From Prochlorococcus marinus subsp. pastoris str. CCMP1986 (GTDB taxonomy: Bacteria > Cyanobacteriota > Cyanobacteriia > PCC-6307 > Cyanobiaceae): a stretch of 32,000 nucleotides of DNA. Shown here piece by piece: positions 9,368-17,264 of the stretch. A program made the position numbers and the translations under genes. Within the stretch, counting starts at the first letter, position 1; each line of letters opens with the position of its first letter. Under the pieces are notes generated by a model. The model saw only the letters and a program-made list of their open reading frames with translations. It did no database searches and was not told the origin of the DNA. Where the stretch lies: NCBI RefSeq assembly GCF_000011465.1, contig NC_005072.1, positions 1,320,001 to 1,352,000 on the forward strand. The letters are read 5' to 3'.

Positions 9368-10045
9368 ATGGAATTCCCAGAAGCAATTCTTTTTGATTTA
9401 GATGGTGTTCTATTAGATACAGAACCATTACTAGCTAATGCCTGGAGTGAAACCGCAAAAGAATATAATCACTCTTTATCAATCGATAAATTATTAGAAT
9501 TAAAAGGAAGAAGGAGAATAGATTGTGCAAAAAAAGTCCTTAACTGGATAAATAAAGAAAGCTCATTAGAAGAATTACTCATTATTCAAAAATTAAAAGT
9601 AGATAAAGTACTCACTAAAGCAAAACCTTTTAAAGGTGCAATAGAATTAATCAATTTTTGTATAAATACAAATTTACCTATTGCTTTAGTAACAAGTAGT
9701 AGTAGTGAAAGTTTTAAAATCAAAAGCTCTGTAAATCCCTGGCTAAATTTATTCAAGACAAAGGTTCTTGGAGATGATAAGTTCATTTCTAATGGCAAGC
9801 CTTCACCTGATCCCTATTTGAGAGCTTTAAAAATATTGGATGTAGATCCAAGGAAATCTTGGGTTATAGAAGACTCATATGCAGGATCTATCTCAGGACT
9901 AAAAGCGGAATGTAATTTAATGTTTTTTTCCAAAGATAATGAGATACTAAATAAATTAATAAATGAATTTAACCAAGAAAAGATTCAAAAAGTTAATGAG
10001 TTATCAGAAATTATTTATTATTTAAAGTTATATAAAGGATTTTAA
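9368..10045 (+). CDS. HAD-superfamily hydrolase (beta-phosphoglucomutase/CbbY-like subfamily IA)
   Basis: Motif I FDLDGVLLDTE, motif II VTSS, a conserved Lys, and EDS near the C-terminus. Confidence 0.88.
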   Translation: MEFPEAILFDLDGVLLDTEPLLANAWSETAKEYNHSLSIDKLLELKGRRRIDCAKKVLNWINKESSLEELLIIQKLKVDKVLTKAKPFKGAIELINFCINTNLPIALVTSSSSESFKIKSSVNPWLNLFKTKVLGDDKFISNGKPSPDPYLRALKILDVDPRKSWVIEDSYAGSISGLKAECNLMFFSKDNEILNKLINEFNQEKIQKVNELSEIIYYLKLYKGF

Positions 10046-10098
10046 ATCAATCAAATAAATTTCCAATAAAATTCAAAACCCAAACACTAATATTTAAT

Positions 10099-10737
10099 AT
10101 GTGCGGAAGATTTGAACTTAAAACTAAATTTGATAAGTTACCAAAAGTTTTAAAACAAGACTATCCAAGTGGACTTGATAATAAATACGAGACACAGAGT
10201 TTAATTAGACCAACTGATCCAGTCCTTGTAATTAAAAATGAAGGAAAAATTCAGACAACTTTTATGTCATGGGGTTTTATATCTCCTTGGTCTAAAGATC
10301 CTTTTGATAAGACAAAACCCAGACCATTTAATGCAAGATCAGAAACTGTGGAAGAGAAAAAATTATTTAGTGGAAGTTGGAAACATAAAAGATGTTTAAT
10401 ACCAGCAAGTGGTTTTTTTGAAAAAAACTATCGTATTAGGAAAGAGAATTATGAAACTTTTTGGTTAGGAGGGATTTGGAGCAAATGGTCTTCACCTGAT
10501 GGAGCAGAGTTAGAAAGTTGCTGTGTTTTAACAACTGAACCAAATAATTTAGTGAAACCTTTACATCATCGTATGCCAGTTATTGTTCCTAATGGATACG
10601 AAGAACAATGGACTGAACAGGTTAAGGATGCGCATGAATTAAAAGGGTTAATACCCATAATGTTGGGATGGTCATCTTCTGGATGGATAACGGAAGAAAT
10701 TAATAAAAAGTCTACTGATCAGATGAACTTATTTTAA
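10099..10737 (+). CDS. SOS-response-associated peptidase (SRAP/YedK, DUF159)
   Basis: N-terminal MCGRF with catalytic Cys2, FNARSET, and PASGFFE plus a HHRMPVI-type C-terminal half. Confidence 0.9.
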   Translation: MCGRFELKTKFDKLPKVLKQDYPSGLDNKYETQSLIRPTDPVLVIKNEGKIQTTFMSWGFISPWSKDPFDKTKPRPFNARSETVEEKKLFSGSWKHKRCLIPASGFFEKNYRIRKENYETFWLGGIWSKWSSPDGAELESCCVLTTEPNNLVKPLHHRMPVIVPNGYEEQWTEQVKDAHELKGLIPIMLGWSSSGWITEEINKKSTDQMNLF

Positions 10738-10835
10738 ATTGGAAATATTAAATATATTTTTGTTATTGAAATTTACTAAGTTTATTTGTTGAAGCCTTGG
10801 TGATTCAATAAGTTTAGATTAGCCCTTTTTAAAAA

Positions 10836-10967
10836 ATGGTAAAAGTAATTAACAGAAAAATTAGATTTTTTAGATGGCTAAATACTGATTTGATCTTACC
10901 TCTTTCTGCCTTCGCGATTACTTCTACTTTATTTCTATATTTAGTTTTATTGATTGCCATAAAATAA
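10836..10967 (+). CDS. single-helix micro-protein (43 aa)
   Basis: MVKVINRKIRFFRWLNTDLILPLSAFAITSTLFLYLVLLIAIK. Confidence 0.35.
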   Translation: MVKVINRKIRFFRWLNTDLILPLSAFAITSTLFLYLVLLIAIK

Positions 10968-11161
10968 TTTTTATTAATTATTTACTAATAATTTACAACT
11001 TATGAAGATTTAAAATTGTTAATAAATTTTCAAAAAATTGCCCAAATTAATACTATTTGAACATTTGAAACTACATATTACTTTCATAAAAAGAGTCTTT
11101 GATGGATAATAAATTATATAAACTAAAATTTATTAAAAACTAAATCCTAACCCAAAATAAT

Positions 11162-12340
11162 TTGAGCGATATTAAATTTTCTGGCCTTAAAGGTCAAGCA
11201 CTTGCAATAAAGATGAGTGATATTCCAAGCATGAAAGAGTTTCAAAGTGTTATTCCAAATAACTGCTTTAAATCTCAAACAATAACTTCATTAGGCTATC
11301 TTTTACAATCAATCATAATTCAGGCAATTGTTGTCGCAATAGGATTAACAATTCCTTTTAGTCAAAGAATGGTCCCGATTTGGATCCTTTATGCACTTTT
11401 ATCAGGAACTACTGCTATGGGTTTTTGGGTAATTGCCCATGAATGTGGTCATGGAGCCTTCTCAAAAAATAAAACTTTGGAAACCATTACTGGATATTTA
11501 CTTCATTCATTATTATTAGTTCCGTATTTCTCTTGGCAACGTTCACATGCAGTCCATCATCGTTTCACCAATCATATAACTAATGGAGAGACTCACGTGC
11601 CCATAGTTATTGATGGGAATGGAATTAGCGAAAAAGTTGGAGGTGAAAAGGAACTATCTTTCTCAAGTAAATTAGGCAAAACTAAGTATGGAATTCTCCA
11701 ATTAGTTCTACATCTTATTTTTGGTTGGCCTGCTTACTTGTTATCTGGAAGTACAGGTGGTCTCAAATATGGTACTTCAAATCATTTTTGGCCAAGAAAA
11801 CCTTTTTCTAAAACATTGTGGCCTGCTGTATGGGCGAAAAAAGTTTGGATTTCAGATATTGGTGTAGCTGCAGTCATAGTTGGACTTATTATTTTTATTA
11901 TCAAACATGGATTCTTTCCAATAATTGGAATGTATGTAGGACCTTTATTAGTAGTTAATTGTTGGTTAGTTATATATACTTGGCTTCACCACACAGATTC
12001 AGACGTCCCACACCTCTCTAATTCAGAATTTTCTTTTATGAGAGGAGCCTTTCTTTCAATTGATAGGCCTTATGGGAAGATTATTAATATTCTTCATCAT
12101 AATATTGGTTCAAGTCACGTAGTTCATCATGTATGCCCAACTATTCCTCACTATCATGCTACCAAGGCTACTCTTGCAATAAGAAAAGCATTCAATAAAG
12201 CCTATCTTTTTAATCCCGATCCAATACATAAAGCTCTATGGAATATTGCTTGTAATTGTATTGCGGTTAAATCAGATATAGATGAAGGAAGATATATTTG
12301 GCAATCCTCTTATAAAAAAAAGATTAAAACAACTTATTGA
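11162..12340 (+). CDS. membrane fatty-acid desaturase, delta-12/omega-type (DesA-like)
   Basis: Histidine boxes HECGHGAF, HAVHH and HVVHH with the spacing typical of acyl-lipid delta12/omega3 desaturases. TTG start in the ORF track; an ATG lies 18 codons in. Confidence 0.9.
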   Translation: MSDIKFSGLKGQALAIKMSDIPSMKEFQSVIPNNCFKSQTITSLGYLLQSIIIQAIVVAIGLTIPFSQRMVPIWILYALLSGTTAMGFWVIAHECGHGAFSKNKTLETITGYLLHSLLLVPYFSWQRSHAVHHRFTNHITNGETHVPIVIDGNGISEKVGGEKELSFSSKLGKTKYGILQLVLHLIFGWPAYLLSGSTGGLKYGTSNHFWPRKPFSKTLWPAVWAKKVWISDIGVAAVIVGLIIFIIKHGFFPIIGMYVGPLLVVNCWLVIYTWLHHTDSDVPHLSNSEFSFMRGAFLSIDRPYGKIINILHHNIGSSHVVHHVCPTIPHYHATKATLAIRKAFNKAYLFNPDPIHKALWNIACNCIAVKSDIDEGRYIWQSSYKKKIKTTY

Positions 12341-12428
12341 AACTAATCTAATATCACATTAATTTACGCAAATCTGAAAATAATATAAAAGAATTAGAAA
12401 TTAAGTCTTTTTTATCTTAAAAACTTAA

Positions 12429-12617
12429 TTGGAAATTGATCCTATTTTTGTAGTTATGAGCGGAGACAACCTTCACGGTAAGCAACCAATCAAGTTTTAT
12501 TCTGAAGAAGTAACACTTACTAAAGTGCAATTATTAGAAAAGCAATTAAGTTTAGGAGATAAAGTATCAGACTTAGATGCGAAGCATAAAGAATGGAGCA
12601 GACAGTTATCAATATAA
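12429..12617 (+). CDS. hypothetical small protein (62 aa or shorter)
   Basis: ORF-track ORF with a TTG start. The internal ATG (MSGDNLHGKQ...) is an equally plausible start. Confidence 0.35.
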   Translation: MEIDPIFVVMSGDNLHGKQPIKFYSEEVTLTKVQLLEKQLSLGDKVSDLDAKHKEWSRQLSI

Positions 12618-12750
12618 TTTCTTTTTAAAAGATATTAAAACTGCTGAAAAAATAATTATAAATATTAATAAATTAATAAAGTGTGTAATTTGATTTCATG
12701 AATTTTTAATTTATAAAAATTTTACAGAAAAAAAATTATTCATAATCCCT

Positions 12751-13374
12751 TTATAAAGATCCTTTCCTGTAAATTACCGAAAAGTTATTAGCAGGCATCC
12801 GAATAAGCTCCTCTTCAATGAAATCATTCTTGTTGGCTTCTTCACTAACTTCTTCTAAATCTCTAACACCCCAAGATTCGTTTTGCATTTTTAAGGAAAT
12901 ATCAAATAATTCATTGCTTTGACTAATATGCTTACCACCTATTTTAAATGGCCCATATAACATCAAAAATTGTCCATTTTTTAATAAGTTGCCAGATTCG
13001 CTAAATAGTGATTTTGTACAGTTCCAGGATGCTATATGAATCATATTGATAGATATTATTCCTTGAATAGAATAAAGTAATTCAGATGGTATTTCCCAAG
13101 GAATTTTCTCCACATCAATATCTAAAGGTTGAGGCATTTGACAATTTAATTCTTCATGCTCAATCCAAGAACTAATACTCTTTCTATGAACTAGTTCCGG
13201 ATCACTTGATTGCCAAGTTAATTCTGGGAAGCATTTTTGAAATTTAATTGCATGCTCTCCACTACCGCTACCAATTTCTAAAATATAACCTTTTTTTAGA
13301 AGAATTCTTGATAATACTTCTGCTATAGAATCTTTATTTCTTTCAGTTGCAGGAAAGAAAAGTCTATTATCCAA
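12751..13374 (-). CDS. DUF938-family class I SAM-dependent methyltransferase
   Basis: PATERNKDSIAEVL... N-terminus typical of DUF938, plus the SAM-binding motif ILEIGSGSGEH. Confidence 0.82.
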   Translation of the reverse strand: MDNRLFFPATERNKDSIAEVLSRILLKKGYILEIGSGSGEHAIKFQKCFPELTWQSSDPELVHRKSISSWIEHEELNCQMPQPLDIDVEKIPWEIPSELLYSIQGIISINMIHIASWNCTKSLFSESGNLLKNGQFLMLYGPFKIGGKHISQSNELFDISLKMQNESWGVRDLEEVSEEANKNDFIEEELIRMPANNFSVIYRKGSL

Positions 13375-13382
13375 AATAGTTT

Positions 13383-13547
13383 TTATTTAGCTCTTCTCAA
13401 TTTTGGAGCTTTATAAAACATTATTTTGAAGCTAAATAACAATATTGAAACAGTTAAAACAGGCAAAATATAAAGTATCAATTCAGAACTGAATAAGGAC
13501 GGAACGCTAGAAAAAATCAAATGCATATAGTAAGTAGTAAATGACAT
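13383..13547 (-). CDS. hydrophobic micro-protein (54 aa) directly upstream of the DUF938 gene
   Basis: MSFTTYYMHLIFSSVPSLFSSELILYILPVLTVSILLFSFKIMFYKAPKLRRAK. Its stop lies 8 nt before the next start. Confidence 0.35.
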   Translation of the reverse strand: MSFTTYYMHLIFSSVPSLFSSELILYILPVLTVSILLFSFKIMFYKAPKLRRAK

Positions 13548-13760
13548 AACTATTTTTTTATTTAATTTATTAATAGCAATTATTTACTTAAATAAAAAGA
13601 GTATTTACTCTAGTATTCAAGAATATAAATTTGTATAAAAATTAAACTGCTTTTAAATTAATTATTAAAGCTATCTAAAAAAAGAATATTAGATAGAAAG
13701 ATATTCTTCTTTTGCATTTTTGGAGATTTCTATTTCTATTTTTAAAAATATCTTTTTTTT

Positions 13761-13802
13761 AAAATAAAAAGAGTCGGCCTGTATCCCTACTAGCCAACTC
13801 TT
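13761..13802 (-). terminator. hairpin-family copy T2 (terminator-like)
   Basis: Minus-strand reading AAGAGTTGGC-TAGTAGGGATACAG-GCCGACTCTT followed by TTTTTATTTT. The loop matches the other family members. Confidence 0.5.
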
Positions 13803-14313
13803 GTTAATAATATTAGTTAAAAATTATATTGAATGAGGATTTTATCTCAAAAAAAGATGTTCAAAATTATTTTATAAATAATAAAGTTCAAGAATTTGGT
13901 TTCTAAAAAAAAGAATATAAAAAAGGCCCCTTAAACATAATCAAGTATAAATTAATCTATCTTTCATTGAATTGCTGGAGGTGTTCTTTCAATATTTAAA
14001 TAGATTGGTTTATATATTAAATAATAATTAAAAAAATTTTTTCCATGTATTAAATCCTAAGAGATCTATTAAATTTTGACTATATATAATTAACGAGAAC
14101 TCAAATCACAGTTATAAGTGGATTCATGGTATATTAGGTCTATCTCAGGTAGAGATAAGATTAACTAATATTGACCAAGCTAAAGAATTTCTAGTAAGAA
14201 TACCAATTGCAAGAGTCAAGCCTTCAATTATATAAGTGTCTTTAATCTATTTTTGATTAAATACGAATATTTATGTTTCTTATCAATCCTGAATTTATAA
14301 CATTACAATTTAA

Positions 14314-14448
14314 ATGAAAAAATTAAACAAAAAGTATGCAGATTTATTGCATCAAGCATCTAAGGCAACCGGTAGAAAAGAAGCGGTAGGTTTATTGCAT
14401 AAGGCGGCAAAACTTCAAACTAAATTTGATGAGAAGTCTAAGCCTTAA
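14314..14448 (+). CDS. hypothetical basic helical micro-protein (44 aa)
   Basis: MKKLNKKYADLLHQASKATGRKEAVGLLHKAAKLQTKFDEKSKP. Confidence 0.4.
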   Translation: MKKLNKKYADLLHQASKATGRKEAVGLLHKAAKLQTKFDEKSKP

Positions 14449-14558
14449 AAGGAGCGTCGTAATTCCTAGTCAAAAATAGAGGCTTAGAAACGTTTTGGAC
14501 ATTAATGTAACAGAAATGCAGCTAAATAATCTACAACACGAGTATTTACCTCTATTTA

Positions 14559-14587
14559 TTTACAAAAATAAATATATGTGTTATATT
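14559..14587 (+). promoter_or_regulatory. sigma70-type promoter of the hli pair (-35 TTTACA, 17-nt spacer, -10 TATATT)
   Basis: TTTACA at 14559-14564 and TATATT at 14582-14587, about 25 nt before the ATG. The same architecture and the core TGTTATATTT recur upstream of the hli loci at 25674 and 30368. Confidence 0.55.
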
Positions 14588-14612
14588 TATTAATATAAAT
14601 TACTTTAAAAAA

Positions 14613-14720
14613 ATGACTCCTGAAGCAGAACGTTTTAATGGTTGGGCAGCAATGTTAGGTTTCGTAGCAGCTGTAGGTGCTTACGTAACAACAGGTCAAA
14701 TCATCCCTGGTTGGTTCTAA
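14613..14720 (+). CDS. hli: high-light-inducible protein (single-helix CAB/HLIP), 35 aa
   Basis: MTPEAERFNGWAAMLGFVAAVGAYVTTGQIIPGWF. CAB helix signature E..NG..AM.GF plus a TTGQIIPG tail. Its stop overlaps the next start (TAATG). Confidence 0.9.
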   Translation: MTPEAERFNGWAAMLGFVAAVGAYVTTGQIIPGWF

Positions 14721-14860
14721 TGAAGAACAACGAACCAAAATTAGTTGAAAAAGAAAAAATTGTAGCCGAAAAACTTAATGGTAGGTTTGCCATGATGGGA
14801 TTCGTTGCATTAGTAGGAGCTTATCTAACCACAGGTCAAATTATTCCTGGATTTATCTAA
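14720..14860 (+). CDS. hli: high-light-inducible protein, 46 aa
   Basis: MKNNEPKLVEKEKIVAEKLNGRFAMMGFVALVGAYLTTGQIIPGFI. The ATG at the TAATG junction is preferred over the ORF-track start 14642, which would overlap the upstream hli. Confidence 0.9.
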   Translation: MKNNEPKLVEKEKIVAEKLNGRFAMMGFVALVGAYLTTGQIIPGFI

Positions 14861-14884
14861 GCCTTTTCAAATAAATTTTATAAG

Positions 14885-14915
14885 CCAGATTGCCAAACTC
14901 GATCTGGTTTTTTTT
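14885..14915 (+). terminator. intrinsic terminator after the hli pair
   Basis: Stem CCAGAT / ATCTGG with an 11-nt loop, followed by a run of eight T. Confidence 0.7.
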
Positions 14916-15036
14916 ATTTTAATTAATTACTTTAACTATATTCTTTTTAAGTAATTGGAATTAAGAAAATTAGAACATTAATTATTTTTCTATTATTAAA
15001 AAAATTAGTTAGTATTGCTTAAATGATTATAAAAAA

Positions 15037-15156
15037 ATGAATGCAATTAATAAATATTTACCTTTTGGCTTAAAAGCTGAAAAGATCATGCCATCTTTTA
15101 TTATTTTTAAGCTTCTTACCTTTTCTGGTTTTATTGCTTATATGATGAATCGATAA
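15037..15156 (+). CDS. micro-ORF (39 aa), hydrophobic C-terminus
   Basis: MNAINKYLPFGLKAEKIMPSFIIFKLLTFSGFIAYMMNR. Confidence 0.3.
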   Translation: MNAINKYLPFGLKAEKIMPSFIIFKLLTFSGFIAYMMNR

Positions 15157-15157
15157 A

Positions 15158-15271
15158 ATGATTTATCCTCCGCCTCAAGTAGTTTTTGCCTTACTGATTT
15201 TATCCACTGCAGCAGTATTAATTTGGGATATTAAATATAATCCTTTCGGTGAAGATCAAGACGGGATATAA
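15158..15271 (+). CDS. single-helix micro-ORF (37 aa)
   Basis: MIYPPPQVVFALLILSTAAVLIWDIKYNPFGEDQDGI. It starts 1 nt after the previous stop. Confidence 0.3.
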   Translation: MIYPPPQVVFALLILSTAAVLIWDIKYNPFGEDQDGI

Positions 15272-15379
15272 AAACAGGTTTAAAACCCCATTAAATTTAA
15301 GTCTTTAATCAGTATAAAAACTCTATCGGAATAATAAAAATCATATTAAAGTCAATTCAAATAATTGGAGGCAAATCAA

Positions 15380-15481
15380 ATGACCAACCTCGGATTGGAG
15401 ATTGTATTCTGGCTAATTTTATTAACCTATCTTGGAGCTAGACTTACCCAAACTAAGAAAGGTTACAAACAACAGTATTAA
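15380..15481 (+). CDS. single-helix micro-ORF (33 aa)
   Basis: MTNLGLEIVFWLILLTYLGARLTQTKKGYKQQY, with a GGAGG Shine-Dalgarno 9 nt upstream. Confidence 0.45.
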   Translation: MTNLGLEIVFWLILLTYLGARLTQTKKGYKQQY

Positions 15482-15505
15482 CACTAAAAGAAGGAGGTTT
15501 TAATC

Positions 15506-15655
15506 ATGGCATTAAATGACACTTTTAAAATTCTTCCAAAAAATAAAACTTCTTTGGAGGCTGATTTAACATCATTCTTACCTAAAAAAGACTATTGGGC
15601 TGCAGAGTGCAAAGAGCATCCCTCTAAAAAAGAATGCCTTTTCTATTGCGACTAA
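15506..15655 (+). CDS. small protein with C-terminal EC..(H/Y)P.K..CL..C motif (49 aa)
   Basis: MALNDTFKILPKNKTSLEADLTSFLPKKDYWAAECKEHPSKKECLFYCD. AAGGAGG Shine-Dalgarno 8 nt upstream. A paralog lies at 26701-26847. Confidence 0.55.
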   Translation: MALNDTFKILPKNKTSLEADLTSFLPKKDYWAAECKEHPSKKECLFYCD

Positions 15656-15748
15656 AATTAACTTTTATACGTAAACTTGTAAATTTTGCAGATTGATTTT
15701 TAATAGATTTATTCTAAATTAAATTTAATTTTTATTTGAGGAAGATTT

Positions 15749-15865
15749 ATGAATACAAGAAAGAAAAATCCCAAAAGGGGGGTAGGGAAAACTGAAACCA
15801 ACACCGAATGGTTGGATAAAGTTATTAATCAGTTAATCAATAAAGATTTCAGTCAATATCTTTAA
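15749..15865 (+). CDS. basic micro-ORF (38 aa)
   Basis: MNTRKKNPKRGVGKTETNTEWLDKVINQLINKDFSQYL. Confidence 0.3.
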   Translation: MNTRKKNPKRGVGKTETNTEWLDKVINQLINKDFSQYL

Positions 15866-16191
15866 GTTGTGATTTTAATTCAAAAACTTTAACTAGCATT
15901 CTTAGATTGATTTCTAGCTTAAAATTTATTTTAAATAAAATGAAATAAAATCTTTAGATATTATCCAAGTCCCCAATAATGCCTTTTGTTTCAAAATAAG
16001 AAATATATTAAAAGGGACTAAAAAACTGAAAGATATTTATGGATAAGATTACTTTCTACAAATTTAATTTTGTTTCTTATGTAAGTTCTATTTTTTTAAT
16101 TTATGGGTTTAAATAAGGGTAAATAATAATACAAGGGAATTTTTTTTAATTTTAAAAGGTGATAGATTTATTAAGAAATTTTGGCTACAAA

Positions 16192-16326
16192 ATGAGAGTA
16201 AAACTTGAACCTGAAACAGCTTTTATAGGTAAAAAATTTGCATATATTTTTCTAGGTATAATATTTGCTCTTAATTCAATAGTCTTCATTTGGTATTTCT
16301 TTTTTTCTAATCTAACTTGGAGCTAG
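16192..16326 (+). CDS. single-helix micro-ORF (44 aa)
   Basis: MRVKLEPETAFIGKKFAYIFLGIIFALNSIVFIWYFFFSNLTWS. Confidence 0.35.
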   Translation: MRVKLEPETAFIGKKFAYIFLGIIFALNSIVFIWYFFFSNLTWS

Positions 16327-16434
16327 TGAATTATCACTTATTAATAGATCCATATAGTAGTCAGTTAAATCAAGCGCAAACCAGCTTGAGTATTTATACT
16401 CACAGTAAGTAATTTTACTCACTATAATAAAAGC

Positions 16435-16541
16435 AAGCATTTAGGAAGTGCTTAGCTGGTTAAGCTCAGTCAATCTGAATTTAACTTTATCGTCATGAGA
16501 GTTTGCTAGTAGGGATGCGAGCAAGCTCTTTTTAATTTTTT
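16435..16541 (+). ncRNA. candidate small RNA (~105 nt) ending in hairpin-family copy T1
   Basis: TATAAT box at 16423-16428. There is no ORF longer than 4 codons. Internal hairpins are AAGCA-loop-TGCTT and GCTTAG-CTGG-TTAAGC. The 3' end reads ATCGTCATGAG + AGAGTTTGCT-AGTAGGGATGCG-AGCAAGCTCT + TTTTAATTTTTT. Confidence 0.35.
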
Positions 16542-16733
16542 GCAAATAATACTCAGTTTGTAAATAAACAAATCAACAGTTTTTGATTTTTAATAAAAAA
16601 GATTAAGTTAAAGCATTGATTAGAACTTAAGAAAAAGTTGTTGAATAAGACCTTGTCAATCAGGATTAAATTTTTTTTAGAAACTTTCCTGTCAAAATAA
16701 TTTTGCTAAAAAAGGATATAGATTAAATTCAAT

Positions 16734-16835
16734 ATGTCTTTAGATTTCATTCTTATTCCTTTTTGTATAATTGCTATTTTATGGTTATTTAATCGAGAGA
16801 ACAAAATCTACCGCAATAATAAAAAAGCACGATAA
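16734..16835 (+). CDS. single-helix micro-ORF (33 aa)
   Basis: MSLDFILIPFCIIAILWLFNRENKIYRNNKKAR. Confidence 0.3.
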   Translation: MSLDFILIPFCIIAILWLFNRENKIYRNNKKAR

Positions 16836-16951
16836 AAACAAATCTAAACTCAAAAAATTTAAGCTTGATATTTAATATTGCTGTAATTATTTTGGTATTT
16901 TTTATTTAATATGTTTCCTTATTTTATATAAATTCAATTACTAAGAAAAAT

Positions 16952-17071
16952 TTAAGCATTCAATTTATTACTAATTAACTTATCCCAATAAACTTTTGAA
17001 CGACTTATTTGTTCCAATTTTTGTTTGCAATGAATACAATTGCAAGTTCTTGCTAATGTTTTGGAAGTCAT
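16952..17071 (-). CDS. micro-ORF (39 aa) with CxCxxC
   Basis: MTSKTLARTCNCIHCKQKLEQISRSKVYWDKLISNKLNA. Confidence 0.3.
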   Translation of the reverse strand: MTSKTLARTCNCIHCKQKLEQISRSKVYWDKLISNKLNA

Positions 17072-17264
17072 TACTTCATTTTTTTTTAAAAAAACAAATA
17101 TCTAAATTAATTGCAATAGCAAATATTCTTATCCTGTAAATTTATCAATAAAAAATTGAAAAGGGAAATATTTTTTTATAAAAAGAAAGAGTAAAGATGG
17201 TCTCAATTTGATTAGTATTTTATAATCTTAAAAACTATTGAAAATTTAATCAAATAAATTTCCT

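Noticed and set aside
9586-9798. 70-aa ORF antisense within the HAD hydrolase gene
   Set aside because: It is embedded in a well-supported CDS and has no motif.
14545-14564. Canonical HLR1 (two (G/T)TTACA(T/A)(T/A) repeats spaced by 2 nt) upstream of hli genes
   Set aside because: Only the first half-site (TTTACA) is clear, and it doubles as the -35 box. The second half-site matches 4 of 6 at best, so it is reported only as a hypothesis within a finding.
14642-14719. N-terminal extensions of hli ORFs in the ORF track (14642 start; likewise 25359-25433)
   Set aside because: The extensions are out-of-frame read-through of the preceding hli gene. The two extensions resemble each other only because the underlying hli genes are paralogs. 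The ATG in the TAATG junction is the parsimonious start.
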